This document shows, piece by piece, positions 39,483 to 49,980 of a stretch of 64,000 bases of DNA. How positions within the stretch are numbered: the stretch's first letter is position 1; each line of letters begins with the position of its first letter. The stretch is taken from the IMG/VR virus record IMGVR_UViG_3300022916_000006, positions 1-64,000 of that record. One strand, written 5' to 3'. The DNA comes from a virus. The notes below the pieces were generated by a model. That model searched no databases and had not been told where the DNA came from. It was given only the letters and a program-made list of their open reading frames with translations. The position numbers were made by a program, and so were the translations under genes.

Positions 39483-40378
39483 AACGTTTAATAACTGGTG
39501 GTAGTGGATTCATTGGTAAGAATTTAATTGGTGATATTAAGCTATCAAGTGCAAATATAGATTTAACTAATTATGATAATACGATTAATTGTTTTAGATT
39601 TCATTCACCAGATGTTATAATACACTGTGCCGCTAAACATGGAAATTATCTTAATATGAAGAATAATCCTGTAGATCATTTCACTGAAAATATGGCTATA
39701 AATATGAATGTATTAAGATCAGCTATGGAATTGGATATTGATAAAGTTATAATGTTTTCATCAGTTACAGCTTTTCCACATTCAGTTTGGGCGTGTGAAG
39801 AGTCATTGTTACATTTAGGTGAACCACATGCTGAATCGTATGGTCATGGGTATGCTAAACGTATGATTGAAGTGTTGGTTCGGGCATATAGAGAACAGTA
39901 TGGATTGAATTATGTGTGTATGTTTATGTCAAATGTATATGGTCCTCATAATGATTTTAATGTAGAAACGTCTACAGTTGTATCAAATTTAATACGTAAA
40001 TGTCACACAGCTAAAATTAAGAATGAAAATCTAACTGTATATGGTGATGGTACACCAGAGCGTGATTTTATGTATGTGAATGATATTAATGATGTGGTAG
40101 ATCGAGTGATAGATAATTTTGATGATGATACAGGTGGAAGTGTAATAATATCAAATAGCCATCCAGTATCGATTAAACAATTAGTTAATATCATATCAGA
40201 TGCTATGGACTTTAAAGGTAAGATTATATGGCAACCAAATGCCAATGTTGGTCAATCAATTAAAGTATCTAACAATTCAAAGTTGATGAGTATGTATCCA
40301 GATTTAAAATTCACTGATATAGAAGATGGGATAAGAATGACCGTTGAGTGGTTTTTATCTAATGTGAGTAAGATATGA
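39479..40378 (+). CDS. fcl: GDP-L-fucose synthase-like NAD-dependent epimerase/reductase
   Basis: TGGSGFIG, IHCAA, N..INMNV, YGYAKR, NVYGP.DNF, GDGTPERDFMY. Start at 39479 gives an ATGA overlap. Confidence 0.85.
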   Translation: MKRLITGGSGFIGKNLIGDIKLSSANIDLTNYDNTINCFRFHSPDVIIHCAAKHGNYLNMKNNPVDHFTENMAINMNVLRSAMELDIDKVIMFSSVTAFPHSVWACEESLLHLGEPHAESYGHGYAKRMIEVLVRAYREQYGLNYVCMFMSNVYGPHNDFNVETSTVVSNLIRKCHTAKIKNENLTVYGDGTPERDFMYVNDINDVVDRVIDNFDDDTGGSVIISNSHPVSIKQLVNIISDAMDFKGKIIWQPNANVGQSIKVSNNSKLMSMYPDLKFTDIEDGIRMTVEWFLSNVSKI

Positions 40379-41166
40379 TAACAGTAGTGACTCCAATATA
40401 TATCAACACGGATGATAGACTTAGATATTTTAGAGAAACGATTGAGTCATTTTATGAACATTTAGAATATGATCAAGATATAATACATAATTTAGTAAAT
40501 GATAGATCAGACGATAAATATACTGAAGACATTCAAGAAATATGTGAAGATTATAATATAAACATTATACATACTATGCCTTCAAATAGAGAGTATTTTT
40601 CTGATGTTATTAAAATATTATTATCATCAGTTGATACAGAATATTATTTGTATTTAGAACCAGATTATCATTTTTATTTGAATTATGATTATATTACACC
40701 AATCTTGAAATTGTATGAGATTAGACCAGAATTACATCAAGTATATCTCAGACATGGTATACATAATAATAAAGGTCGTAGTGCATTTAAGAAACTATAT
40801 ATGCGAGATGATAAATTAATAACACCAGATAATACTATTTTGAATAGGCATGTTATTGATGATAATAATGTTGGGTGGACTGGTAAGGGAACTGAACATG
40901 AAACATTTTCAACAAATCCATCAATATTTAAATTGAGTACAGTGTTACCATATTTTAGTCAGAATTTAAACTTTAAAACACCAGGAACATTTGAAACACA
41001 TTGGTGGAGAGAATGGGAAAATAAAAAAGAAGTTGGTTATTTAAATGGACAAAGTTTTTGTTATCACATTGGTAAATTGGGTGGACTAAACAATAATAAA
41101 TTATATGCGGCATTGGAAATCAATGATATTGATTATGAATCAGTATATTCTAATAAATTCGTATAA
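40375..41166 (+). CDS. GT2-like glycosyltransferase
   Basis: ITVVTP, VNDRS, LYLEPDY, FSTNPSIF, CYHIG. Confidence 0.7.
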   Translation: MITVVTPIYINTDDRLRYFRETIESFYEHLEYDQDIIHNLVNDRSDDKYTEDIQEICEDYNINIIHTMPSNREYFSDVIKILLSSVDTEYYLYLEPDYHFYLNYDYITPILKLYEIRPELHQVYLRHGIHNNKGRSAFKKLYMRDDKLITPDNTILNRHVIDDNNVGWTGKGTEHETFSTNPSIFKLSTVLPYFSQNLNFKTPGTFETHWWREWENKKEVGYLNGQSFCYHIGKLGGLNNNKLYAALEINDIDYESVYSNKFV

Positions 41167-41181
41167 TAATTGGAGATGAAG

Positions 41182-41829
41182 ATGAGATATTTGACAGAGC
41201 TTGGAAATAAGTATGGTACTGACAGAGCTAGTGTGGTTGGATGTAAACATAATTACACTGAAATATATGATGAGATATTCGGGACATATAGACATGATGT
41301 TAAACGAGTATTAGAGATTGGGACATATTTAGGTGCTGGTTTGAAGATGTGGCAAGATTACTTTCCAAATGCTACAATATATGGTCTGGAGTATAAGCGA
41401 TTTCCAGATGTAAAATATGATGATACTGATGAGAGAATAATATCAGTGATTGGTGATCAAACAAGTAGAACAGATTGGAGTTCATTTATTGACACATATG
41501 GTGGTGACTTTGATATAATAATAGACGATGGTGAACATGATACGTTTCACCATCAAATTAGTATGGGTATGTTATTTAAACATTTAAATAGTGATGGATG
41601 TTATATCATAGAGGACTTATTTACAACAAGAGCAACAGACACAAGAAATTTGATAACAACTTATGAACAATCAGGTAAAATTGTTGGAAGTCATTTTACT
41701 GAGGATGAAAGAAAATATATTGCATCTAATATTAAATCTCATATTAAGCATAATGGATATTGGCGTGGTAATAGTAAGAATCCTGGTAGTAATGACATAT
41801 TAAAATTATGGGTGGTGACTAAGAAATGA
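41182..41829 (+). CDS. Class I SAM-dependent (sugar O-)methyltransferase
   Basis: HNYTEIY, VLEIGTYLGAGLKMW..YFPNA.IYGLE, GDQ, DIIIDDGEH, YIIEDL. Confidence 0.85.
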   Translation: MRYLTELGNKYGTDRASVVGCKHNYTEIYDEIFGTYRHDVKRVLEIGTYLGAGLKMWQDYFPNATIYGLEYKRFPDVKYDDTDERIISVIGDQTSRTDWSSFIDTYGGDFDIIIDDGEHDTFHHQISMGMLFKHLNSDGCYIIEDLFTTRATDTRNLITTYEQSGKIVGSHFTEDERKYIASNIKSHIKHNGYWRGNSKNPGSNDILKLWVVTKK

Positions 41830-42638
41830 AAAACAATAAGATATTGGTTGTAATACCAACAACAGCAGGTAGATTGCCATTACTTAAAAAGGTATTAACA
41901 TCAGTGTATTCTAATACAGATTATGATATTAAAACGATAGTTGTTAAAAATGGTACATTCTCAGATTCAGAATATAATGATTTTGATTTTGAAATACCTA
42001 ATGTGATAAAAACAACATCAGATGTTGGAGGTCATATTGCAATGGCGATGAACGTAGGACTTGGATATTTAACAGATGAGCATTGGTTTTTATATCAAGA
42101 AGATGATTTTGTAATATCAACTGAAGATTGGTTGAATCAGATAATTAATACATATGAATCGATTAATAACTGTGGTGCATTGGGAGTTAGATTACATGGT
42201 AGTCAACGTAATAGAGTGATTAAAGACTTCAAGATCAAAGATAAAGACACGTATGAAGTATATTGGTCTGATGGTATAACATTGATAGATGCTGATATAA
42301 TTAGACAGCATAATTTAATATATGATCCACACATGATGACTGTACCTAATGCTGATATAAATCTACAGTTATTGGCATTAAAATATGAAAACTGGAGAAC
42401 AGAATTAACATATACACACCATCATACACCAGGATCGAAAACAGGCACACCAAAATGGAGATATGCAGATACATATGTTGATATGGATGTTGGTGATTGT
42501 CAAATATATTTGAAATATAATAATTCTGGTAATGATAAAATACAAGCATGGGTAGATTCTGATACAGTACGAGCTACCAATTGGTTAATTCGTAATAATC
42601 GACAAAATGAAGATTACAAAAAATTTAAAACTTTATAG
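41826..42638 (+). CDS. GT2-like glycosyltransferase
   Basis: LVVIPT, AMNVG, LYQEDD. Confidence 0.7.
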   Translation: MKNNKILVVIPTTAGRLPLLKKVLTSVYSNTDYDIKTIVVKNGTFSDSEYNDFDFEIPNVIKTTSDVGGHIAMAMNVGLGYLTDEHWFLYQEDDFVISTEDWLNQIINTYESINNCGALGVRLHGSQRNRVIKDFKIKDKDTYEVYWSDGITLIDADIIRQHNLIYDPHMMTVPNADINLQLLALKYENWRTELTYTHHHTPGSKTGTPKWRYADTYVDMDVGDCQIYLKYNNSGNDKIQAWVDSDTVRATNWLIRNNRQNEDYKKFKTL

Positions 42639-42646
42639 GATATAAT

Positions 42647-43804
42647 ATGAAAATTAGAAAAACACCATTGAAAGTATTAGGACCATGTGGTGATGAGGAT
42701 GACGTTCAAGCAATACGAGAAGTTATTGAAAGTGGATGGTGGGGTAAAGGTTCAAAAGTTGATGAGTTCGAAGATAAGTTTGCTAAAATGGTTGGTGCTA
42801 AACATGCGATTGCTGTTACAAGCAATTCACATGGTCAAGATTTGGTAATGAAAGCTATGGGATTTAATGGTATTGATGTTATAAATCCAACAATGTCATT
42901 TGTTGCAACAGCAGTGATACCACATTGGAATAATTGTACATCCAACATAGTAGATGTCGATAGTAGAACATTAAACATAACAGCAGATGAAGTGATGAAA
43001 TATAAAAAACCATCGAGTGAAGTTTGTGTAGCAGTTAATATGGCTGGAATACCTGCACCAATCGATGAGATACGAAAGATATTTGGTGGATTCATAATTG
43101 AAGATTGTGCTCATAGTTGTTATGCAAAGGGTGCTGGAACTAAAGGTGACGTTGCTGTTTGGTCATTTCAAGCAGTCAAAACATTACCAACTGGTGATGG
43201 TGGTATGATAACACTTAATGATGATGCATTAGCAGATAAAATAAGAAATTTACTTTGGTTTGGTGTATCATCTACTTGGAGTAGAGCATCAAATCGATCT
43301 GATATTAATCGTAAATATGTATGGGATTATCAAGTTGAAGAGTTGGGTTATAAATATTACATGACAGATATTGTAGCGGCATTAGGATTATCACAATTAA
43401 AGAAATTACCTAAATTCTTGGACAATAGAAGACACATTCAAAAACGATATAATGAAGAATTACATAGTGTAATAATAAGACCAGAACATTCAGAGACTGT
43501 ACAATATTATTGTGCTAGATTATCAGATAGAATACATGATATTGCACCAGATAATAGTGGATATTCAACTGTTGGTAGAAATAGTTTAATGGCATATTTG
43601 GTAGATAAAAATATTCATACATCAGTACATTTTAAACCATTACATCAATATGATTATTTAAAAACTGATAGATCATATCCAGTTGCAGATGTAGAGTGGT
43701 TAAAACTAGTATCACTACCATGTCACAATGGCATGACAGACGATGATATAAGTTATGTTGTATACTGGGTGAATAAATACATAACTGAGGTGTATAATTC
43801 GTGA
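42647..43804 (+). CDS. DegT/DnrJ/EryC1/StrS sugar aminotransferase
   Basis: G..V.EFE..FA, IEDCAH, WSFQAVKTLPTGDGGMI, GYKYYMTD. Confidence 0.92.
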   Translation: MKIRKTPLKVLGPCGDEDDVQAIREVIESGWWGKGSKVDEFEDKFAKMVGAKHAIAVTSNSHGQDLVMKAMGFNGIDVINPTMSFVATAVIPHWNNCTSNIVDVDSRTLNITADEVMKYKKPSSEVCVAVNMAGIPAPIDEIRKIFGGFIIEDCAHSCYAKGAGTKGDVAVWSFQAVKTLPTGDGGMITLNDDALADKIRNLLWFGVSSTWSRASNRSDINRKYVWDYQVEELGYKYYMTDIVAALGLSQLKKLPKFLDNRRHIQKRYNEELHSVIIRPEHSETVQYYCARLSDRIHDIAPDNSGYSTVGRNSLMAYLVDKNIHTSVHFKPLHQYDYLKTDRSYPVADVEWLKLVSLPCHNGMTDDDISYVVYWVNKYITEVYNS

Positions 43805-44493
43805 GATATTTAATATTAGGTGATGGATTGCTTGGTAATGAATTGATAAGCCAAAGTGGTTGGGACTACATAAGTAGAACAACTGTTGGTGTAGATTTCA
43901 CTGATATAGATTCGTATTCTGAATATCTACATAAATATGATGTTATCATTAATTGTATTGGTTATTGTAATACATATGATACTGACAGAGATGTACATTG
44001 GGATGTAAATTATGCTGGAGTAGTATCATTAGTTGACTTCGTTAATAAATATGATAAGAAGTTAGTTCATATATCAACTGATTATATATATTCAAATTCA
44101 GATTCAAATGCATCTGAAGAGGATGTACCAGTTCATTGTAATACGTGGTATGGTTATACTAAATTATTATCTGATGCGTATGTACAGTTAAGATTAAATG
44201 ATTATTTATTAATTAGAGGAACGCATAAAGAAACACCATTTATATATGAAAAAGCATATATAAATCAAGTTGGTAATTTTGATTATGTTAATGTGATTGC
44301 TAAAATAATACATGATTTAATAAAAGATAATATCATTGGAATATACAACGTTGGTACTGAATTGAAAACGATGGTCGAATTGGCACGTAAAACTAAAAGT
44401 GTAGTTGAACCAACAACCAAGAAATTCAATGACGCAATGCCATCTGATATTAGTATGGATTTAACTAAATTGGATAAATACTATGATAAATAA
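43801..44493 (+). CDS. dTDP-4-dehydrorhamnose reductase-like (RmlD family)
   Basis: LILGDGLLG, INCIGY, VHISTDYIY, YGYTK. Confidence 0.8.
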   Translation: MRYLILGDGLLGNELISQSGWDYISRTTVGVDFTDIDSYSEYLHKYDVIINCIGYCNTYDTDRDVHWDVNYAGVVSLVDFVNKYDKKLVHISTDYIYSNSDSNASEEDVPVHCNTWYGYTKLLSDAYVQLRLNDYLLIRGTHKETPFIYEKAYINQVGNFDYVNVIAKIIHDLIKDNIIGIYNVGTELKTMVELARKTKSVVEPTTKKFNDAMPSDISMDLTKLDKYYDK

Positions 44494-45178
44494 TAAAAAG
44501 ATAGCATTCGTATGTGCAGTGCATGAAAGTGTTGAGCATAGACCTACAGGATTTACTATGTTTAATAATTATTTTAAATCATTGAGAGAATCATGTAAAT
44601 ATCCATTCAAATTGTTTGCATATGATAATGCATCAAAACCAGTACCATATACAATAGATGGTGAATCTGATAAGATTAGAGTTATTAGGGTTGAAGATCA
44701 ATATGCTGGTGGTTGTACATATACTTGGAATGAGGGTATAAAATTAGCAATGAATGAGTCGTATGATGCAGTGATAATAATGTCTGATGATCAATTGGTT
44801 GATCATACTATAAATAATTTCATCGATACGATATTAACACATGAACTTAATGATGATGCAATATTTGGACCACTTAGTAATAATCCAAATAATAAACATC
44901 AATTGGGTGATAAACCAACTGGTGATATATTTGAAATATCAGGAGCTCCAGGACATGAGTTAAATGGATTCTGTATGGGTATGTCAGCGATCACTATTGC
45001 AAATAATTATTTTGATAAAGATGGTAATTTTTTCAATACTGGACCTAGTTACAGCTGGGGTGCTCAAGATGTAGAAGTACAAAAGAGAGTGAAGCATTCA
45101 ATTGTAGTTGGAACATGTTATGTTTATCATATGAAACACGGTGGGTGGCGTGAAATTAGGAGAGGTTATCGTGGATAA
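44483..45178 (+). CDS. GT2-like glycosyltransferase
   Basis: YDNAS, TWNEG, MSDD, FGPLSN, VYHMK. Confidence 0.65.
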   Translation: MINNKKIAFVCAVHESVEHRPTGFTMFNNYFKSLRESCKYPFKLFAYDNASKPVPYTIDGESDKIRVIRVEDQYAGGCTYTWNEGIKLAMNESYDAVIIMSDDQLVDHTINNFIDTILTHELNDDAIFGPLSNNPNNKHQLGDKPTGDIFEISGAPGHELNGFCMGMSAITIANNYFDKDGNFFNTGPSYSWGAQDVEVQKRVKHSIVVGTCYVYHMKHGGWREIRRGYRG

Positions 45179-46853
45179 AAAAGTAGTATATACTGCAATC
45201 ATAGGTGGATATGATGAATTGGTAGAAATTGACAATAAACCAAGTGATTGGGATTTTGTATGTTTCAGTGATAGAGATTTAAAATCTGACACTTGGGAAA
45301 TTCGTAATGTAATACCATTATATTCTGATAACACTAGAACAGCACGTAAATATAAATTATTACCACATAGATGGTTTCCAAAATATACATATAGTTTATG
45401 GTTGGATGGTAATATTAAACCACGAGGTGATATTAACGAATTGTTGACTTATTTGGATGATTGTAATTATGCAACATATAGTCACAATCAAAATAAACTT
45501 GATCCACGAGATTGTATATATGAGGAAGCATCTACAATATTACAATTGGGTGATAAGAATATTAAACGAAATCCAAAACGTGGCATGTTGTGTTATAAAG
45601 ATAATCCAAATCTAATACGACAGCAGATGATTAATTATCAAAATGTTGGATATCCAACACATCATGGTTTGGTAGTTCAGATGGAAGTATTACGTAGACA
45701 TAATGAATCTGATGTGAAGAATGCAATGGAAGATCATTGGGTTGAATTGAAACATAATAGTAAACGTGAACAGTTGAGCTTTAATTATATAGCGTGGAAG
45801 AATGGATTGAAATTTAATTATATAGATGGTGATTCTAGGGACAATGAATATTTCTTAAATATGGGTAAGCATATACGTGGTGAATCAATACCAGATGTGA
45901 TCAAGACTCATCAACCGATATCTATGCAATATTTTTTAAACATGGAACTACAACCAGGTGGTGGTGGTAAGAGAGAAATATTGGATAATTATACCCTAAG
46001 AACAGTCGAGGATGTAGTAAAACAGTGGGAAAATATGAACGTGACACTCAAGTATCAAAAAACATTAATACCCTCTAATTATCAATATTTTAATGCAATG
46101 GTAGGTGAGTTCAGGCATGGAGTTGAAGACCATCATAAAATTGGATGGGATAAATTAACTAGTGATTATTTTGAATCTAAAGAATTAATGACAGATGATG
46201 AAATAGCTGAGATGCTTAAATCGAATCCTGCTGAATTTGATAATGGATATATTAAACATAGTTATCATAGAGCATGTGCGATGATTGGTAGACTGATACG
46301 TGGAAAATCATATATTCCATTTTACATGAAAACTGAAGACATATTTGATAATCCTAGAGAGAAAGATAATATGCATAGAATAAAATCACCAATATATGAT
46401 GTAAAATATTTATTAGAAATAGAACATAAATTGGGAATACCACGTAGTGAGTTTACGGTTTGTCAAAGTGGCATATTGGCATTGATGGGAATTCGAGAGA
46501 ATGATGATATAGATATTATAATATCACAACATGCACGAGATAGCATATTTAATGGTAATAAGAAGTTTATGAGATTTGGTAAGTTTGAAATATTTGAATT
46601 AGGTAAAAGTAAATTTATGAAATATGGTGCTACAGATGAAGATGATTTAATAAATAATTACAGTATACAAGTGGATGGGTTTAATTTCTTAGAACCAAGA
46701 TTCTATTTTAGTAGAAAGAATAATAAGACTGCAAAGGATATGTCTGATTGGTCAGGAATACGTAAATTCTTTGATGATGAATCACATATTGGATATCCAT
46801 TTAATGAGATAACATTGAAACAGTGGGGACATGAGTTCATATGCCAAATGTAG
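45171..46853 (+). CDS. Multidomain protein: DUF616-like glycosyltransferase, ParB-like segment and nucleotidyltransferase-like domain
   Basis: VVYTAIIGGYD, DFVCFSD, KLLPHRWF, WLDGN, REQLSFNY; then IKHSYHRACA; then QSGILALMGIRENDDIDII. GTG start at 45171 follows an AGGAG RBS. Confidence 0.7.
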   Translation: MDKKVVYTAIIGGYDELVEIDNKPSDWDFVCFSDRDLKSDTWEIRNVIPLYSDNTRTARKYKLLPHRWFPKYTYSLWLDGNIKPRGDINELLTYLDDCNYATYSHNQNKLDPRDCIYEEASTILQLGDKNIKRNPKRGMLCYKDNPNLIRQQMINYQNVGYPTHHGLVVQMEVLRRHNESDVKNAMEDHWVELKHNSKREQLSFNYIAWKNGLKFNYIDGDSRDNEYFLNMGKHIRGESIPDVIKTHQPISMQYFLNMELQPGGGGKREILDNYTLRTVEDVVKQWENMNVTLKYQKTLIPSNYQYFNAMVGEFRHGVEDHHKIGWDKLTSDYFESKELMTDDEIAEMLKSNPAEFDNGYIKHSYHRACAMIGRLIRGKSYIPFYMKTEDIFDNPREKDNMHRIKSPIYDVKYLLEIEHKLGIPRSEFTVCQSGILALMGIRENDDIDIIISQHARDSIFNGNKKFMRFGKFEIFELGKSKFMKYGATDEDDLINNYSIQVDGFNFLEPRFYFSRKNNKTAKDMSDWSGIRKFFDDESHIGYPFNEITLKQWGHEFICQM

Positions 46854-47626
46854 TATTTATACCAAATATAGATTTAGGTAATAACAGAAATGATTCATAT
46901 AAATATTCAATCAAAAGTTGGAAATATTGGTGCAATATACATAATTGTGAATTAGTATTATTTGAAGATTTATTAGTGCCAGTTGAACAGATGAAAATTA
47001 CTTGGCAACGATATTATTTGTTTGATTTATTAGAAGAATCAAATATTGATTATAATCGAATATTAATGGTCGATGCTGATACAATAGTACATCCAGATAC
47101 ACCAAACTTTTTTGATATGTTGGGTATGGATACACGATATTGCGGAGTATTTAATAATGGTGATTATGAGTGGTTATCACGATCAATTAGGGATTTTGGT
47201 AAGTTATTATTTAAAGGTAAAAAGATTGATACATGGAAATATATCAACGGTGGATTTCAAATAGTAAATCCTACACATCGACGATTTTTTGATATAATGA
47301 AACAATATTATATTGATAATACATCTGAAATAATATCAGCAATTGATCAAGTTAAAGCTGGTACAGATCAAACAATATTAAACTATCAATTACAATTAAA
47401 TAACATTGATGTTAAAATATTACCAGAGTGCTTTAATCTACAAGATTTGAGTAGAAAGAACTTATTATATTATCACCCAAATCAGTGGTGGGGTGATACA
47501 TTAGAAAATCTTTATGCATCAGGATGGGTATATCATTTCAATGCTATACCAAAGAATCCTATGAATAGAGATGCTAACTACTGGATAAAACGAGTATACG
47601 GAGAATTATATGCTAATAAGCAATAA
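46841..47626 (+). CDS. Glycosyltransferase (GT8/GT34-like)
   Basis: WKYWC, WQRY, LMVDAD, INGGF, TDQTILNY, HFNA. Confidence 0.8.
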   Translation: MPNVVFIPNIDLGNNRNDSYKYSIKSWKYWCNIHNCELVLFEDLLVPVEQMKITWQRYYLFDLLEESNIDYNRILMVDADTIVHPDTPNFFDMLGMDTRYCGVFNNGDYEWLSRSIRDFGKLLFKGKKIDTWKYINGGFQIVNPTHRRFFDIMKQYYIDNTSEIISAIDQVKAGTDQTILNYQLQLNNIDVKILPECFNLQDLSRKNLLYYHPNQWWGDTLENLYASGWVYHFNAIPKNPMNRDANYWIKRVYGELYANKQ

Positions 47627-48044
47627 CAGCGCAACTGTGCCACAATTTACAATAACTTCAGGGTCATATGGAACTAATTCCAATTCACCAGTTTATTTTA
47701 CAACAAGTGGTGGGAGTAACGCATATACAATACCATCAAATACTGGTTGCACAGGAGTTGGAGTACAATCACCAGCAAATGGACTAGCTGTTAGCCCATC
47801 ATATATTATAAAAGTAAATGATAATAATTACGATGAAATAGCTAGAATTGAATCAAATGGAACTGTCATCGTCAGTCAGTATGGTGATTATAAAACATCA
47901 GCAAAAGTATTTTGGAAATCAATACAATTTGAAGGTAAATCATTATATGTTAAAATTGAAGATTTAGAAAATAATAATGAAGCATTGTTGCGAGAAGTTA
48001 AACGTTTGAAAAGACAAATAAAGGATAAGTCGTGCAAAAAATGA
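47610..48044 (+). CDS. Ser/Thr/Gly-rich protein with C-terminal coiled coil
   Basis: Composition of the N-terminal half; IEDLENNNEALLREVKRLKRQIK heptads. Confidence 0.65.
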   Translation: MLISNNSATVPQFTITSGSYGTNSNSPVYFTTSGGSNAYTIPSNTGCTGVGVQSPANGLAVSPSYIIKVNDNNYDEIARIESNGTVIVSQYGDYKTSAKVFWKSIQFEGKSLYVKIEDLENNNEALLREVKRLKRQIKDKSCKK

Positions 48045-48979
48045 AAATAGGTTTTTTAAGTGAAAATGGATATTCTGGTAAAGTAGATAGAATGATGAAC
48101 AATTGCCGAACAGAATATGCATGGCAGATAGCATTAGATGCTGTACACATGCCGATGTATGGTAAATCACAAATTCCAACTGAAAAATTAGATTTGTTAA
48201 TATGGATAATACCAAAATCAAATATATCAAAAATGCAAAATCTTGATTGGTTAGTTTATATGAGATTACATGCAAATAAAATAGCAATCATGCAAGAAGG
48301 ACCACATTGGTATTTTCAAGATTTACCTATGGGTGAACAGATATGGTTTTATAATCAATTGAATAATGTTGATTATGTATTTTGCCATAATGAATATGAT
48401 AGAAAATATTATTCTGGATTATTAGGTACACATAATGTTCACACGATGCAGTCATTGATGATATTAGATACAGTTAAAGATGGATTGAGTGACACAAAAG
48501 AAGATGTTATTATTGGTGGTAATATGAAATCATGGTATGGTGGATTTGATTCATATATAGTTGCTCGTGAATTTGATACGGAAATATATGCACCATCAAT
48601 GGGAAGACGTGCTGAAAATGAATCAGATATTGCAGGTATATTTTTTTTAAACTATATGTCATGGACAACGTGGATAAAAAAACTATCAGAGTTTAAATAT
48701 GCTGTGCATCTTATGAGAACATTTGCGGCTGGTACATTTGCTATGAATTGTTCATATCTTGGAATACCTTGCATTGGATATAATGGATTAGATACACAAT
48801 CAACACTACATCCTTTAACAACAGTTGAAGTTGGTGATATGGAAAAGGCAATACAATTAGCAAACAATTTAAAAGAAGATAGATTTTATAATCTATGTGT
48901 AGAAACTACAAAGAAAAGATTCAATAAATACTATACAGAACAAGCATTTATTGACAAATGGGATAAATATAACTTATAA
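48041..48979 (+). CDS. Putative GT-B glycosyltransferase
   Basis: Island context; LSEFKYAVHLM..FAAGTFAMNCSYLGIPCIG. Start at 48041 gives an ATGA overlap. Confidence 0.55.
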   Translation: MKIGFLSENGYSGKVDRMMNNCRTEYAWQIALDAVHMPMYGKSQIPTEKLDLLIWIIPKSNISKMQNLDWLVYMRLHANKIAIMQEGPHWYFQDLPMGEQIWFYNQLNNVDYVFCHNEYDRKYYSGLLGTHNVHTMQSLMILDTVKDGLSDTKEDVIIGGNMKSWYGGFDSYIVAREFDTEIYAPSMGRRAENESDIAGIFFLNYMSWTTWIKKLSEFKYAVHLMRTFAAGTFAMNCSYLGIPCIGYNGLDTQSTLHPLTTVEVGDMEKAIQLANNLKEDRFYNLCVETTKKRFNKYYTEQAFIDKWDKYNL

Positions 48980-48989
48980 GGAATAAAGA

Positions 48990-49433
48990 ATGAAAAACAT
49001 ATATTCAAAAAGTGGTGAATTATTACATAAAATAAATAGATTTGTTGATATAACTGGAAGAACAGATATATCAGATGCAAAAGAACATTTACAATTAGCT
49101 ACGTTGCGATTAGAGAAGGGTAAAACATTTAAACCACATAAACATATATATAAACAGGGTGAACCACAAATCATTGCTCAAGAATCTTGGGTTATAATTA
49201 GTGGTAAGGTAAGAGTATATTTTTATGATACTGATAATTCATTTATTGAATCTGATATTTTATATCAGGGAGATTGTTCATTGACATATAGTGGAGGTCA
49301 TACATATGAAATATTAGCAGATGATACAGTAGTATATGAATATAAAACAGGACCTTACACTGGAATAGAGAATGATAAAGTTCAATTCGTAGATGATAAC
49401 AACAAACACTTTGGAGTAAATAAAGATGAATAA
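48990..49433 (+). CDS. Cupin-fold sugar isomerase/epimerase (WbuC-like)
   Basis: HKH...QESW...GGH..E cupin motifs, YEYKTGPY. Confidence 0.7.
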   Translation: MKNIYSKSGELLHKINRFVDITGRTDISDAKEHLQLATLRLEKGKTFKPHKHIYKQGEPQIIAQESWVIISGKVRVYFYDTDNSFIESDILYQGDCSLTYSGGHTYEILADDTVVYEYKTGPYTGIENDKVQFVDDNNKHFGVNKDE

Positions 49434-49980
49434 AATTAAATTACATATTGGATGTGGTAAACGAGATTTTGGTGATGATTGGATTCATATTGATGGAGAC
49501 GCTGAGAACTTTGATCATATAGATCATCATGATATTACTAAATTGAAATTTGGTAGTGATACAGTCGATTTGATTTACGCCTCACATGTCATATCTTACT
49601 TTGATGCAACTGAAGTATTGGATGTATTACAAGAATGGAAAAGAGTATTAAAACCAGGTGGAATTTTAAGATTAGCCGTACCAGATTTTAGAGCAATTGC
49701 TAAACTATATTATATACAAGGGCATATGCTTGATAGATTTATTGGACCGTTATATGGGAAGATGCAAATGTATAGTAAAACAATATATCACAAAATGGTA
49801 TATGATGAAGAGTCGTTGAGATATTTATTGTTAACTGATCTACAATTTAAATCATGTGATTTATGGAATTGGCAAGATGTATCTCATGGTCACTTTGATG
49901 ATCATTCTCAAGCCTATTTACCACATATGGATAAAGAACGTGGCACATTGATATCATTAAATATAGAAGCTATAAAATGA
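49426..49980 (+). CDS. SAM-dependent methyltransferase (type 11-like)
   Basis: LHIGCG, IYASHVISY, RVLKPGGILRLAVPD. Confidence 0.88.
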   Translation: MNKIKLHIGCGKRDFGDDWIHIDGDAENFDHIDHHDITKLKFGSDTVDLIYASHVISYFDATEVLDVLQEWKRVLKPGGILRLAVPDFRAIAKLYYIQGHMLDRFIGPLYGKMQMYSKTIYHKMVYDEESLRYLLLTDLQFKSCDLWNWQDVSHGHFDDHSQAYLPHMDKERGTLISLNIEAIK

